A stretch of DNA of 64,000 nt from an uncultured Bacteroidota bacterium (GTDB lineage: Bacteria > Bacteroidota > Ignavibacteria > UBA10030 > UBA6906). Below, one piece after another: positions 36,918 to 48,738 of the stretch. Where the stretch lies: positions 96,001 to 160,000 of the forward strand of contig CAVOYH010000003.1 in assembly GCA_963700635.1 (NCBI GenBank), in the 5' to 3' direction. How positions within the stretch are numbered: the stretch's first letter is position 1; each line of letters begins with the position of its first letter. The notes beneath the pieces were generated by a model. It saw only the letters and a program-made list of their open reading frames with translations, did no database searches and had not been told where the DNA came from. Both the position numbers and the translations under genes were made by a program.

Positions 36918-39299
36918 TTATCGGAGCAACAACATCCGCTTTGTGTCCACAAACCCGCCACTCTGCATTCTGTAGAAGTACGTCCCGCTTGCCGCACGGG
37001 ACGCGTCCCAGGCGACCGTGTATGTTCCGGCGGGCATTTCGCTGTCCACGAGAGTCGTCTCCTCTCTGCCAAGCAGATCAAACACCGTGATCAGCACCCG
37101 GCCGGCATTGGGGACGGAAAAACGGATGCGCGTGGTCGGATTAAACGGATTCGGAAAGTTCTGACTCAATCCGTACGACGACGGGAGTTCGGGTTCCGCC
37201 GCGATGTCCGACACCTGTACGGTCCGGAAGCGGAACGCAGGAGACCAGGGACTTGTACCGAGTCCGCTCGTAGCACTGACCCGCCAGTTGTAAATACGAT
37301 TCAACTGCAATCCGGTCACGTCGAGTGTGGTGTCCGCTATATTTGATGAATCCAGGAGGAGCACAGAAAAATCGGCCACAATCGAAAGCTGGAACCGGTA
37401 TGACGACGCCGTGGCCGACATGTTCCAGGAAAATGTCAGCGCGAGCGGGACGTCCAGCAGCAGGTTTGCTGGTGAAACCGGGACCGGGCTGGCCGGGAAG
37501 CCGGTCGTAAACGAATGTACGGAGGAATACGAGCCTGTGCCCGCAGCGTTGGCGGCACGCACGCGCCAGTAGTAGGTTGTATGCCCATCCAGTCCGGTTA
37601 TGGCGTACGATGTATCCGTGACGGTGGAATCATCGATCGCCACGCCGGACACAAACGTCGAATCAACGGCAACCTGCAGCCGATACCCGGATGAGGGTGA
37701 TGTGGGCGACCAGGTGAAACGTGCCACATCTGCTATACCGGTACTGCCGTTTGCGGGATACACGGCAAGCGGCGGCGTCGGGGGCGCGACAAGAAGCACG
37801 TTGCTTGTATCACCCTCGTTATGATTACGGTCCAGCGCGGTGACGACGTAGTAGTAGGGACCGCCGGGAGGAGGCGCAGGCGGGATACACAGGCGTTCCC
37901 CCACCACGGAGATGATGTTGGCCGGATTGTCGAGCTCAGCCGCAGCAGGCGGGTGGTCAAAACGATACACCACATAACGGTTTGCACTATCTCCATCGGC
38001 CGCAACCAGAGGAAGGTCCCATTGTATCGCGGCCGGACCGGTCCCGCCGATCCGGGCATACCGGATGGCGCGGGGGGGATTCGGCGCCACGACGCCCTTC
38101 CAGGGCATCACGGGACTCAGGGCGATCGAGGTATAATACCTGTCTCTCAGGCTGTCAGCGAAGCCGAGAGAGTTGCTCACCAGCTGTGCCGCGCGGAAAT
38201 AGACCTCTCCATGCACTTTGGCGTTCGCGCGCGCAAGTTTTAGCTGGTTCGGGAGTTCCGGGTTCGTGTAGGTGGTCCCGAAGATGTGTCCGGGATAATA
38301 ATGCCGTGAGTGCACAGCAATAGAATCCGCCCACCACGGCATAAGCTTACTGTAGTCCTGGCTGCCTCCGATTTTCCAGTACAACTGCGGCGTGAAGTAG
38401 TCCACGGATCCATCCCGCAACCATGCAATCGCGTCGCCATAGATCGTGCCGTAGGCGTCAAGTCCGGTGATGCCGGGCGGTACGCCGTTTTTCCAGATGC
38501 CGAACGGACTCATACCAAACCGTACATACGGTTTGATGACATTGATGCTGTCCATGATCTGTTTCATCAGGAGGTTCACATTGTCGCGGCGCCAGTCGCC
38601 GATGTCAGAGAACCCGCGGTTGTATGTGGAGAAGGTGGCCGCATCCTGGTTTGTGATTGCCTGGGGCGGGTACGGATAGAAGTAGTCGTCCGCATGGACA
38701 CCGTCGACGTCGTATCTCCGCACGATATCGGCCACCACACGCGCCACGTGATTCCGCACATCCGGAATGCCGGGGTTCAGGATGTTGAGTGGACCCGTGC
38801 TGCCCGATGCTGCAAACGTGAGAATCCAATCGGGATGCTGATTGACCACATGCGTGGAGGCAAGTGTATAATTGCCAACTAGCCGTTCGGCCCGGTAGGG
38901 ATTAAACCAGGCGTGAAGTTCCATCCCCCGCTTGTGGGCCTCTTCGACGGCAAATTCCAGCGGATCCCAGAATGGGACGGGGGCCGCGCCCTGCGACCCG
39001 GTGAGCCACCTGGACCATGGTTCAAGACTCGAATTGTAGAGCGCATCACACTCCGGGCGGATCTGAAATATGATGGCGTTGAAGCCCATCCCCTTCAGCG
39101 ACTCAATAATGCCCACGAGCTGGTCCCGCTGAGCCTGGGGAGGAAGCGAAGGTGTCGGCCAGTCCAGGTTGACGACCGTCGCAACCCACGCCGCCCGGAA
39201 TTCTCGTTTGGGAGGCGGCTGAGCGGTCAGGGACACAACGAGGGAAAAAAGGAGTACCACAACGGGCAACATTCTCAGAGAGAGGGTCATGATGGGCAT
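36918..39299 (-). CDS. Family 10-like glycoside hydrolase (GHL10/DUF187, DigH-like) with FN3 domains and T9SS type A CTD
   Basis: REFRAAWVATVVNLDWP, HAWFNPYR, YDVDGVHADDYFY, PQLYW; YYWRVRA/YNWRVSA FN3 repeats; SQNFPNPFNP...KRMLLLR. Confidence 0.88.
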   Translation of the reverse strand: MPIMTLSLRMLPVVVLLFSLVVSLTAQPPPKREFRAAWVATVVNLDWPTPSLPPQAQRDQLVGIIESLKGMGFNAIIFQIRPECDALYNSSLEPWSRWLTGSQGAAPVPFWDPLEFAVEEAHKRGMELHAWFNPYRAERLVGNYTLASTHVVNQHPDWILTFAASGSTGPLNILNPGIPDVRNHVARVVADIVRRYDVDGVHADDYFYPYPPQAITNQDAATFSTYNRGFSDIGDWRRDNVNLLMKQIMDSINVIKPYVRFGMSPFGIWKNGVPPGITGLDAYGTIYGDAIAWLRDGSVDYFTPQLYWKIGGSQDYSKLMPWWADSIAVHSRHYYPGHIFGTTYTNPELPNQLKLARANAKVHGEVYFRAAQLVSNSLGFADSLRDRYYTSIALSPVMPWKGVVAPNPPRAIRYARIGGTGPAAIQWDLPLVAADGDSANRYVVYRFDHPPAAAELDNPANIISVVGERLCIPPAPPPGGPYYYVVTALDRNHNEGDTSNVLLVAPPTPPLAVYPANGSTGIADVARFTWSPTSPSSGYRLQVAVDSTFVSGVAIDDSTVTDTSYAITGLDGHTTYYWRVRAANAAGTGSYSSVHSFTTGFPASPVPVSPANLLLDVPLALTFSWNMSATASSYRFQLSIVADFSVLLLDSSNIADTTLDVTGLQLNRIYNWRVSATSGLGTSPWSPAFRFRTVQVSDIAAEPELPSSYGLSQNFPNPFNPTTRIRFSVPNAGRVLITVFDLLGREETTLVDSEMPAGTYTVAWDASRAASGTYFYRMQSGGFVDTKRMLLLR

Positions 39300-39367
39300 C
39301 TTCTTCTGGACATTTCACAGACCGGATTTCAGGAACAAGGCTTCTGTAATATACGGAATCCTCCGTT

Positions 39368-39408
39368 AAAACGAGAGGCATCCGTCAGATGACCGACGGA
39401 TGCCTCTC
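39368..39408 (-). terminator. Rho-independent terminator ending the first TonB-receptor operon
   Basis: Perfect 14-bp stem GAGAGGCATCCGTC/GACGGATGCCTCTC followed by GTTTT on the minus strand. Confidence 0.8.
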
Positions 39409-39494
39409 CTTACGTCCTCCCACAAGTCCGAAAAGCACCGCTGTGTGTCGTGCGTGTGATGCGTGTCTTTCCGTCTTTGTGAGCAACAGGCAAC

Positions 39495-40856
39495 TTACTT
39501 CACGAGCATCATCTTCTTGTTCATCCGGAAGTCACCCGTCACGAGCGAATACACATAGGTGCCGGATGCCAGGTTGTTGGCATTAAACCCGATCTTGTAC
39601 GAGCCCGCATTCAGGTTCTCGCTCACAATCGAAGCAACTTCACGGCCGAGCAGGTCATACACTTTCAGCGTCGTAAAACCGGCCTTCGCGATCGCAAACT
39701 GGATTTCCGTCGTGGGGTTAAACGGATTCGGGTAGTTCTGTGAGAGCGAGAAGCCGTTGGGGATACCGTCACTCGTCGGCTGGACGCTGGTCACGATCTT
39801 CTTGTACCACCGGACACCCGGGTTGTTCCGTTCGCCAAAGACGATCACATACGCTGTGTCGCCGGAAACGCTGAAGTCGATCCCACGTGGACGTTCGTTG
39901 GCATTCCGGGGTTTGTTGAACACCCACTTCAGACTGTCAATCACTGTATTGGTGAATGTGTTGTACCCGTACCACATGGCCGTATCCCATCCGGTGATCG
40001 TGCCGGGGAAGCTGTTCGGCAGCGGTGCGTTGTAGGAACCGGAACTGACCCACAGAAGTCCGGTTTTCTTCTGCCACCCGAATGTCTCCACAACCATGCC
40101 CCTTAACAGGGTATCCGCCAGCTCATATGTTAGAGAGGTGGGATTGTAGGTGAATTTGCCCACGTAACTCGCATCGTACCCGGCATGGAATATGTCATTC
40201 CCGTCCTTTGAAACTTCAATGGCACGGGAAAAATTCTTTGCCGTGTCCAGAGCGTTGCCGATAAGCACAAGGTCTTTATCATAGATCTTGAGTGGCGTAC
40301 CCGGACCGACCGAACGCCAGTAGACATAACCCAGACTGTCGATGCCGACCGAAACGCCGGTCAGGTTCGCGCCTGTAGCAGTTGGTGCGGCCGCCTGAAC
40401 CTTCGCCAGTCCGGCTCCGGTCTTGTAGTCGATCTTGTAGAGCATGTCACGATAGGTTGCGTAGATGTTCCCATCGGGACCGGTGCGCAGTCCGGCGCCG
40501 GCTTTTGCAGTCCATGCCCCAGCGGCGGTGGTGAACCCTCCGAGCGTGTCAGTCGTGGCGCCGACCGTGACAAACCTGATCGGAGAAAACGCAGCCTGTT
40601 GTCCATTCGGAAGATGAACGTACAGAACACGGATGGCAACAACCTTGTTCTGGTCTGACCCGACATACATGCTGTCCCGTGTGTAGGTGGAATAATTCTG
40701 AATCCACACTTTACCGTCCGGGTCCACGGCAATGCCGTGCACGTAGGAATCGTGGATCGAATCCGGCGGGAAGACTCCCATGTGCTGCCACTGCGCGGAA
40801 GCCGTGCCGGATACGAGCACGATTGCAAGCAGTGTAACAGTAACGATTGCCTTCAT
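39495..40856 (-). CDS. T9SS type A sorting domain protein, predicted beta-propeller
   Basis: SD AAGGAG; signal peptide ending ASA/Q; HGIAVDPDGKVW, RPRGIDFS; CTD LSQNYPNPFNP...KKMMLVK. Confidence 0.8.
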   Translation of the reverse strand: MKAIVTVTLLAIVLVSGTASAQWQHMGVFPPDSIHDSYVHGIAVDPDGKVWIQNYSTYTRDSMYVGSDQNKVVAIRVLYVHLPNGQQAAFSPIRFVTVGATTDTLGGFTTAAGAWTAKAGAGLRTGPDGNIYATYRDMLYKIDYKTGAGLAKVQAAAPTATGANLTGVSVGIDSLGYVYWRSVGPGTPLKIYDKDLVLIGNALDTAKNFSRAIEVSKDGNDIFHAGYDASYVGKFTYNPTSLTYELADTLLRGMVVETFGWQKKTGLLWVSSGSYNAPLPNSFPGTITGWDTAMWYGYNTFTNTVIDSLKWVFNKPRNANERPRGIDFSVSGDTAYVIVFGERNNPGVRWYKKIVTSVQPTSDGIPNGFSLSQNYPNPFNPTTEIQFAIAKAGFTTLKVYDLLGREVASIVSENLNAGSYKIGFNANNLASGTYVYSLVTGDFRMNKKMMLVK

Positions 40857-40926
40857 GATGCACTCCTTAAGTAGTGAGATGGTGGTGTGATTGATGAATC
40901 GTATCATGGCATGGTGCAAGCCATCC

Positions 40927-42166
40927 TCAGGGCCTGCCGTAGTACGGAGCCCCTTGTTTCTGTGTGTTGACTCTTGATGACCCGCTTGCCGGACCCATCC
41001 GTTGCGGGACCGGTACGCGAGAGATAGAGTTCCTTGCCGTTGCTGTACGTGAGGAAGAGATTGTCCAGTGTAAGCAGGCCAGGATAGAACGGTTCGGCGG
41101 TCTTGTCCGGATGCACCAGCAGAAGTGAGGATGCGCCGGAAGTCGTGGCGATGAACATGTCGCCATCGAGCGAGAAGGTGATGCCGTTTACACTCGCACC
41201 GTAGTAGTTGGCCGTAAGATCGTAGTACTTCTCCGCAGCACCCAAGGTGTCACCCGCAAGCGGGAAACGCCAGACACCTTCCACTGTGTCGATCCGCCCG
41301 CCGACATAAAGGTGGCTGTTGTACACCCGGACAGAACGGATATTAGCGGAAAAGGGGAATGTTCTCTGAGTCTTGTCCGGTTTTACGCGGATAATATTTG
41401 GCATATTGCCACCCACCCACATGTTGCCCGCGGGGTCGATATCAAAGTCATAGGGCACGATCCGCCCGAGCCCCACAAACGAGGCCGGGGTTCCGCCGCC
41501 TGCAGGAATCTGGTAGATGGCCCCGTCACGGCCGACAACCCCGCAGGCATACAGCGCGCCTCCCGTGCCAAACTTCAACCCGGTCCACTTCAGCACACCC
41601 GCGATAGGCGCACCGTACGTTCCGGCATCTGTCGTTCCGTTGGATTGAATACGTTTAATCCCTCCGGCCACATTATTTGTCACGATTGCCACATACACGT
41701 TCCCCGCCGCATCACAGGTGATAGCAAATGGTTCGCTTCCGCTGCCGAGATTTCCGAACACTCCGACCGCTTCTTCAAGCTTGTAGACAAACGCCGGCGC
41801 ACTGATCGCATCGGCACCGACAACGGAAACCCGGACATTGATGGAGTCCTTGATCAGTTTCGGGGCCAGCACCTGCAGCTGCGTTGCCGATGCCTGGAGG
41901 ACCTCTGCCATTGTGGCATCGAAAAACACAAGGTTTTCGCTGCGCACAGCGGAAAAATTCTGCCCGGTGAGCGTGATCCGTGTAACACCCGCCAGACCAC
42001 CGCCGGAAGGACTGAGGGAGCTCAGCACAGGGGTCAGCTTGCTCGCCGAGTTGTAGGTGGCATCATCATAGATGCTGACCGGGGGATCTTCCTTGCAACT
42101 GCTGAGCAATCCCGTCGAGAGCAGCACCAGGGCCACCCGGACCAGATGAGTCATAGAAGGTTTCAT
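40927..42166 (-). CDS. IPT/TIG-domain lipoprotein with beta-propeller (probable +1 frameshift near 40972)
   Basis: Lipobox LLSSC; TPVLSSLSP...ITLTGQNFS...NLVFFD. The frame-shifted C-terminus reads VNTQKQGAPYYGRP*. Confidence 0.78.
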
Positions 42167-42214
42167 GCGTACGATCCTATCCATCGTCTCGTTTCTATCG
42201 CGCGTTCAGTACCG

Positions 42215-43249
42215 CTACAACGAAAACTGAAATGAGAACCGGTGCACATTATTAAATATTCCGAAGGGAGTGATACAGTAGTCCACGGCGAGCCCCACGC
42301 CGCCGAGATCCTTACGAAGTCCGACGCCGTAGGTCATGGTGTATTCATCGCCGCCGCTGACGTATCCCGCCCGCAGGGCAACCAGGTCCATAAACAGGTA
42401 TTCCCCGCCGACACGGATCTGTTCCTGAAAATCACGCGGATGCTCTGCGTCAATGGCGAGCAGAAACTGGTGTTCGCCGGGATCAAGGTCCGTGAGATCC
42501 AGCACGTTCATCGACATCCCGATCCTGAATGTCAACGGAAGCTGGAACCCGTCCTTGATGTAGGTTACCTCTCTCGAGAAATTCCGCACTGTCATGCCGA
42601 AGGCCAGACTCTTGTACCCGGTATGGTAGAGAATGCCAAAGTCAAAGGCGAACACCCCGGTGCTGTTCGATGCCCGCACCGGATTGCCGCTTTCATCCAG
42701 CAGCAATGCCCCGCCGCTGCCCAATGCATTGACAACATCTCCGAGTGACTGGTTCACATACTTCACATTGCCGCCGATGGAGAATTTATCGTTTAGCGCG
42801 CGCGCATACCCCACGCCGAACATGTAACTTGTCGGTTTGAACGTGCCGAGGTCGAGATATCCCCGGTCATTGGGCCACCGGACAGTCTCCTCGAATGTCC
42901 CGTAGTTTGCCACCTGCAGCATAACACCCAGCACCCCGTACTCGCCTTCAAACGGATTAAATGCTGCAGAGGCGTACATATAGTTGATGTCCGCAATCCA
43001 GTTTGTCCGGGAGAGAAACACCGACGAGGCCCCTTGTAGTCGGGACATCCCCGCTGTGTTATAGAAGAGGGAAGACGACGTGCCCTCCACTGACGTAAAG
43101 GCTTCACCCAGCGCAACGGCCCGCGCATCCGGCAGAACATTCAGAAATTTCATGCCGGTTTGTGCGAGTTTCTTCTGTGCCACCGCCTCAGAAGGAAAGG
43201 CCCCGGCACAGAAGATCACCAGCACAAGACTTGTTACAATCGTTCTCAT
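42215..43249 (-). CDS. PorV/PorQ-family outer membrane beta-barrel
   Basis: KKLAQTGMKFL...ARAVALGEA, LFYNTAG, WIADI, LPLTFRIG, ALRAGY, VHRFSFQFSL. Confidence 0.85.
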   Translation of the reverse strand: MRTIVTSLVLVIFCAGAFPSEAVAQKKLAQTGMKFLNVLPDARAVALGEAFTSVEGTSSSLFYNTAGMSRLQGASSVFLSRTNWIADINYMYASAAFNPFEGEYGVLGVMLQVANYGTFEETVRWPNDRGYLDLGTFKPTSYMFGVGYARALNDKFSIGGNVKYVNQSLGDVVNALGSGGALLLDESGNPVRASNSTGVFAFDFGILYHTGYKSLAFGMTVRNFSREVTYIKDGFQLPLTFRIGMSMNVLDLTDLDPGEHQFLLAIDAEHPRDFQEQIRVGGEYLFMDLVALRAGYVSGGDEYTMTYGVGLRKDLGGVGLAVDYCITPFGIFNNVHRFSFQFSL

Positions 43250-43267
43250 GGGAAGCTCCGCTTTCCG

Positions 43268-45364
43268 TTAGCGTATCACAGACAATTTCTTGATCACGCG
43301 TTCACCGGTCCGGGTGTTCTCAAACACCACAATGTAGATTCCGCTCACGATCACCTGATTCGATGATGTCACGGAATTCCAGTACGCATCGCCGCTCCCG
43401 TCGGTGTGGTCAATCTCTTTGATCAATTCGCCCAGTTCGGTGTAAATCCGGATCTTGCAGTATCCGGGAATGTTGAAGAACGCAATCTTGTCCGGCTCCT
43501 GGTCGAACCGGAGTGTGGCAGCCGTTGAGGAGATACTGAACGGGTTGGGGACAATACGGATATCATTCATGGTCCAGCGGCCGTTTGTCCAGGTATTCGA
43601 CGTATCCTGATCCCCTGCCTGGCGCTTCAGGTAGGCGGGGTCAAACGACTGGGCATAAAGACGGCTGCTTGTGAGTGCGACGCCGGCCGGAGTGAGTCCG
43701 CCTCCTGTGTTAAGAGCGGGATCTCCCACAACCAGCACGTGATAGTAGTATGCCGGACCCCGGGCAGCGGTCATGTCATTGTAACTCCGGGCCGTCGATG
43801 GCAATTCGGCAAGCATGGTGTAGTCACCATCGTACCGTCCTTGAGCGCGGTAGACTCTGAATCCCTTCATGTTCGGATCGCCCGCATCGTAGACTTCCCA
43901 TTCCAACCCGATCTTGTCTCCCTGGGATGTAATCGTCAGAGATTTCGGGGGCATGGGGGGAGCGGCGAGGGTGTAGCCGGATTTGAAATTTGCCAGGGCC
44001 CGCCGGAAAGTCTGGAAGAGGGAGTCTTTTCCTGTGAGCACCGCGGTGTTCTTGATGAGGGCCTGGGCCGGGGTGGGGTTCGCCTTGTAGGCACGGCCAA
44101 CAGCAATCTGATTTTCGCGATCGAGACCGGACACGCCTTCGGCGAGCACGATCCGGACATCCTGTCCGGGCTCAAGTGTGTAGGGTCCGTAGCCATTTGC
44201 ATTGGACCAGCCGCCCGGCGTGCCGAGTGCGGGGTCGCCTGTCGGGGTAGCGAAGGCGCCGGTTGGCTCCACCCTGTCGGCGTGGCGCACAACATGTCCC
44301 TTCCGCATCCACCCCCACTTGGCCGTCATGCGGGCGGCGTTAAACATGTCGGCGTCAGGATTCGCCAATGGCTCATCGGAGCCCTCGTGCGAAGTCGTCG
44401 ATGGCTGGCTCAGATCATCCGTCGAGTCGGTCGCCGACCTGTCAGCATGTAACGTCACGATCCCGGCAAACTGCGAGGCACCCAAGCGTCCGACGGTATC
44501 CCGGGTATCGCCATACAGACTTGTTGCAGCAGGCGTCCAGATCGGCCCGCCAAGATTATCGTATTGTGTGAAGCCGGGATACTTGCCGTGCCAGGCATAC
44601 TGAACGCGCATATGCGGGGCGGTGTAGACGCCCGGGACATTCACGGCATCGTCCGGGTCATTCTTTACGCCGTCACCACGGACATCCAGCATCGTGTTGA
44701 TTCCCCAGCCTGTCGCATTGCCGATGACATAACGTGTCGTGGCGCATACCGCCAGACGGTACTGAAAATATACCACCACCGAGTCGAGCCGCTTGCCCGA
44801 TGTATTTGTAAACCGGTAGTCGCTGATGATGTAGTTGTCATGATACTGCTGGCTGAACTGAAAGATCTTCCGGGTCATGTCCAGACCGATGGAGGTCTTG
44901 ACCTCATTGAGAATCATCCGGTCGCCGGTAATGGTCGGGTCGATCCGTTTGATGTCAACAAGCTTGCCGTAGGAGACGACGCCGTCCACCGTGACCACAG
45001 GCGGCTCAAATCGTGAGACCAGCTCAAACTTCTGCGGGATAAAGGTATTACTCCCGCCGTACCGCGGGCCGACGCTGATCACCTTGTGCGGATAGACCGT
45101 GCCGTCAGCATCCTGATAGTTGGTGGTGCCAATCCACATCCCTTTTGCAGCCTGCATGTCCTGGTTTGTATAGATGGCGTTCCACTGGAGTCCGTCCTGC
45201 TGCTTCAGCACCCTCCCCTCCTCCTTTTCACACCCCATGTTCGCATACCAATTGTGCAGCGTGCCGACCGACATCCAGGTGGTCTCGTAATTCTGCGCCC
45301 ACGATGCCGGAGTAGTCACCAGAAGAACAATCCCGGGGACCAGAAACCTAACGAGGTTTTTCAT
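43268..45364 (-). CDS. Secreted FN3-containing protein with variant T9SS-like CTD (partner of the TonB receptor)
   Basis: Signal peptide ending SWA/Q; APPMPP...IGLEW...GFRVYR...YYYHV FN3; C-terminal IRIVPNPF...FFNIP..CKIRIYTELGELI...SGIYI...KLSVIR. Confidence 0.75.
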   Translation of the reverse strand: MKNLVRFLVPGIVLLVTTPASWAQNYETTWMSVGTLHNWYANMGCEKEEGRVLKQQDGLQWNAIYTNQDMQAAKGMWIGTTNYQDADGTVYPHKVISVGPRYGGSNTFIPQKFELVSRFEPPVVTVDGVVSYGKLVDIKRIDPTITGDRMILNEVKTSIGLDMTRKIFQFSQQYHDNYIISDYRFTNTSGKRLDSVVVYFQYRLAVCATTRYVIGNATGWGINTMLDVRGDGVKNDPDDAVNVPGVYTAPHMRVQYAWHGKYPGFTQYDNLGGPIWTPAATSLYGDTRDTVGRLGASQFAGIVTLHADRSATDSTDDLSQPSTTSHEGSDEPLANPDADMFNAARMTAKWGWMRKGHVVRHADRVEPTGAFATPTGDPALGTPGGWSNANGYGPYTLEPGQDVRIVLAEGVSGLDRENQIAVGRAYKANPTPAQALIKNTAVLTGKDSLFQTFRRALANFKSGYTLAAPPMPPKSLTITSQGDKIGLEWEVYDAGDPNMKGFRVYRAQGRYDGDYTMLAELPSTARSYNDMTAARGPAYYYHVLVVGDPALNTGGGLTPAGVALTSSRLYAQSFDPAYLKRQAGDQDTSNTWTNGRWTMNDIRIVPNPFSISSTAATLRFDQEPDKIAFFNIPGYCKIRIYTELGELIKEIDHTDGSGDAYWNSVTSSNQVIVSGIYIVVFENTRTGERVIKKLSVIR

Positions 45365-45419
45365 TCGCGCCTCAAGAAAAATACACATGTGGCTCCCGTA
45401 TGCACCCACAGGGAGCCTC

Positions 45420-48400
45420 TTAGAGATCTATCGAAAAACGGATTCCGTAAAAGATGTTCCGCGGGTTCAGAAACGTGAAGGTCTCCTGATTCGGCATGTC
45501 AATGTAGGCCTTGTCTTCAAGCGCCTGCCCGAGCTTGCCGGGATCCGCAGGTCCCATCTGTCCGTTTGCGAACTGATAATACTGTCCGTTCTCCGCAACG
45601 TAGTAGAACGGCCGTGTATGCTGGTTTTCGGCTTTCTGGAGATCCGAGAGAAGTCTCACCGCTACAATCGGCTGGAATGCAACACCTTCTTTGCGGACTG
45701 CGCCGGGACGATCATCACCGGGGACATTCACATACCCGACGGCTGTTCTGAATTGTTCCGGGAAGTCTGGCAGATGCAGTGACTTCATGTAGTTGTTGTA
45801 ATCATACGTGCCGAAGAACCCGTACGTTCCGGGAAAATACCGGAAATTCAGCAGGTTGGATACGTCCATGAAGAACTGCACGTTTGTCGGGCCAACTTTA
45901 AAATTCTTGCTGAGCCGCATGTCCACGTTCCAGTAATCCGTCCACTGCACATTGTATTCGAGTCCAGGGATTGAACCTCCGCCAGCCCATGTCGCGTACC
46001 GGCCGGAAGACCAGGTGCCCACGAGGTTCAGGCGCCATTCCCCGAGCAGAGACAGGCCGAGAAATTCCGGGCCGAGATTCGAGGGAGTGAAAAAATCCAC
46101 ATTCGCCCGGGCGAAAGGCCGCGGGATTGGTTTCTCCTGATACACATTCGACCGTTCGTAGTTCCGCTGCTCCACCGCACTCTCGTAGTAGGTGCCAAGT
46201 CCGAAGTAGCCCGTGGTGCGGACATCGTAGGTATAGTTAAAGAAACCCTGCACCCAGTTACCACGGTTCTTGTTCACCTGGATTTCGAAACCGCGGATAT
46301 CCTGATACTGATTGCTTGTCCGCTGGGTATAACTGACAAGCGAATTACGGCCGTAGTAGTTTACCGTTTTCGCCTGATTTGACACGTCTTTGTAGTAGGC
46401 AGCAATCCTCAGCAGATACTCGTCAAACAGACTGTGTTCGTATCCCAGTTCATACTGTACGGTTCTGGGGAACGGCGCTCCCGGATCAGCGATACTCATC
46501 ACCTGTCTTGTGTCGGTGTACCTGCGGATCAGGAAGAGGTTCAGCGGATCCGGAATCTGACGGAAGTGCCCGTAATTAAAGAACAGCTTTGCCTCATCGG
46601 AGATCGGGAACGCAATCGCAAGCCGCGGGCTCACCGTCAGCGTGGTCGGAGCTGAGACTCTCACCAGCGCGGTGTCGAGCAGGCTCTGGCCGGAAAAAGC
46701 GCTGTTGAACATGTCATCGGCGTATTCATACCAATCCCCGTTGGGATTCAAATACTCCAGTCTCAGTCCGACATTCGCAATCATCCCTTCGAATTCGAGT
46801 TTGTCCTGGAGATAGAGAGCGGCCCGGATTGGATAGTTGTGCCATGCGGTGTTGTAGCGGCCGCTTGGCAATGCGATATCTTCATTCCGTGACCGGACCC
46901 AGTTGTCCGTGTAGGCAAACTCCACGCCCGCTTTGACCTGATTATACTTGTCGAACTGTGTGGTCAGATCGAATTTCAGGCTCCATGTCGCCACGAGACT
47001 CGTATCACGGGAGTTGCTCATCCCAACACCGGTTCTCATGCCGGTGATTCCGGAACTCTCCGTATTATATGGCCAGTACCCGAATGGCGTTTCGTCAACG
47101 AAGTATCCGGGAACGATTTCGTACTTCTTCTCCTTGTCACGCAACGAACCGGGATTTGTGTTTGTCCCCTGGGAGTACTTCTGAAACGTGGCTTCGTAAA
47201 AGGTTACCGGACCGATTGCGTGTGAGAATTTTGCTCCGAGCATCTCGATGTCTGTTGTCGTCGGAGCCCAGTAGTCCGTCCCGAAAATCCTCGCATCGAC
47301 GTAACCCGACACAGAGTTGAGAGAGGTGAGCGCTTCTGCAATACTTGAGGCCGACTGGAAGATTCCTGGATTTCCGAGATTGTTGTCGTTGGTACCCTGC
47401 ATCTGGGCGCGCAGGTAGGAGCCCATCAGCTTCATGCCCGGCCCAACGTCGGATGTCAGCTTGATCTGGCCGCTGTATTCACGGTATGCCGGACGGGAGA
47501 GGGGAATAAGATACTGTGTTGCCTGCTGACGGTATGAGGCAAAGAACCGCAGGTTGCCGAGTTGCTTCCGATACTGCCGGGACCGGACCCCCAAAACCCA
47601 TATCCACGTCCCAGTCAGGATCTTTGATTTCCGGCTGACGACGGTGCTCCCAGAGCCACAGTTTCTGGACCGCCGAGGGGGAAAGATCATTAGTGGGATC
47701 TGCGTCACTCAACAATTTCCTTGAAATACTCTTCCATCCTTCAAAATCCGCGTACTGATCACGCGTCCACCTGTCCCATGAGGGTTGTCCATCGGAACCA
47801 AGCGAAGCCTGCGTTCCATCCCAGCATACGGCATCATCAACAAACGGACGGATCCAGTACGAGTTAAAATCGTAAATGGATGGGCCAAAATGTTTGGGGG
47901 CGGCCGGACGGTACCGGCCGATAAAATTAAAACTGTATTTGCTGGTGCTGCCTTCGCGGGTCACGACGTTCACAACGCCTGAACGGAGGTTGCCGTACTC
48001 TGCGTTGAACCCTCCGGTCTGAACCTGGACGTCCTGTATCGAACTGATACTGATCCCGGTGAACGGCTGGTTCGTACGTTCATCGCGCAGGGTCATCCCG
48101 TCCACAACAAACGCAGCCTGGTCAGCTCCACTGCCGCGGATCACAAGCCCCCCCTGAATACCCGCCTGAAGGGTGACCACACTGGCGACGTCGGTGACCG
48201 GGAGTTTCTCAATCTCATCGATCTCGATATTCGCCCGGCTGGCCGCGACGTCCCGTTGAACGACCGGACGCGTCGCAACGATGGTCACTTCTTCACCGGC
48301 TATGACCTCTTCGCCAAGGCGCAAGTTCAGGTCGGTTGTCTGGTCAATATCGACCCGGACGCCTGTCATGGATGTTGCCTTGTATCCCACCAGGGCAGCG

Positions 48401-48624
48401 GTAATTCTGTAACGTCCCGGGGGGATATTCAGTATGACGAAATACCCGTCAGGATTTGTCGCTGCGCCGAGCAGTGTCCCTTCGATCACAACATTCACGC
48501 TGGGCAACGGCTCACCGGTCTGTGCGTCACGCACCGTCCCAGCAATTTTTCCCGTTGTGCCGGCAAAACTGATCGATGAGACAACGATCAGGGCAGCACT
48601 GCAAAGAGTAAGGCACACTCTCAT
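45420..48624 (-). CDS. TonB-dependent receptor with N-terminal carboxypeptidase-regulatory-like domain (probable +1 frameshift near 47568)
   Basis: GTTGKIAGTVRD..TGEPL, IRGSG..Q..FVVDG, TGGFNAEYG...SGVVNVVTREG. After the shift it continues QLGNLRFF..., YLQDKLEF, VSPRL, YGHF, YELG, PRNIFYGIRFSIDL. Split in the ORF track as 47479-48624 and 45420-47708. Confidence 0.88.
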
Positions 48625-48738
48625 AGATGCTCCTGAAATGGTAGGTCCTGATATAGTGCTGAGGAATGGTCCGAGGTGCCGACTTGTCTGCGCGCAGGCT
48701 GGTAAGAGGACGGTGAGCAGACAATGGACAGTTATGAC

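Noticed and set aside
47479-47708. Programmed frameshift or phase variation in the TonB receptor
   Set aside because: There is no slippery heptamer or long repeat tract, and the same +1 pattern occurs in two other genes.
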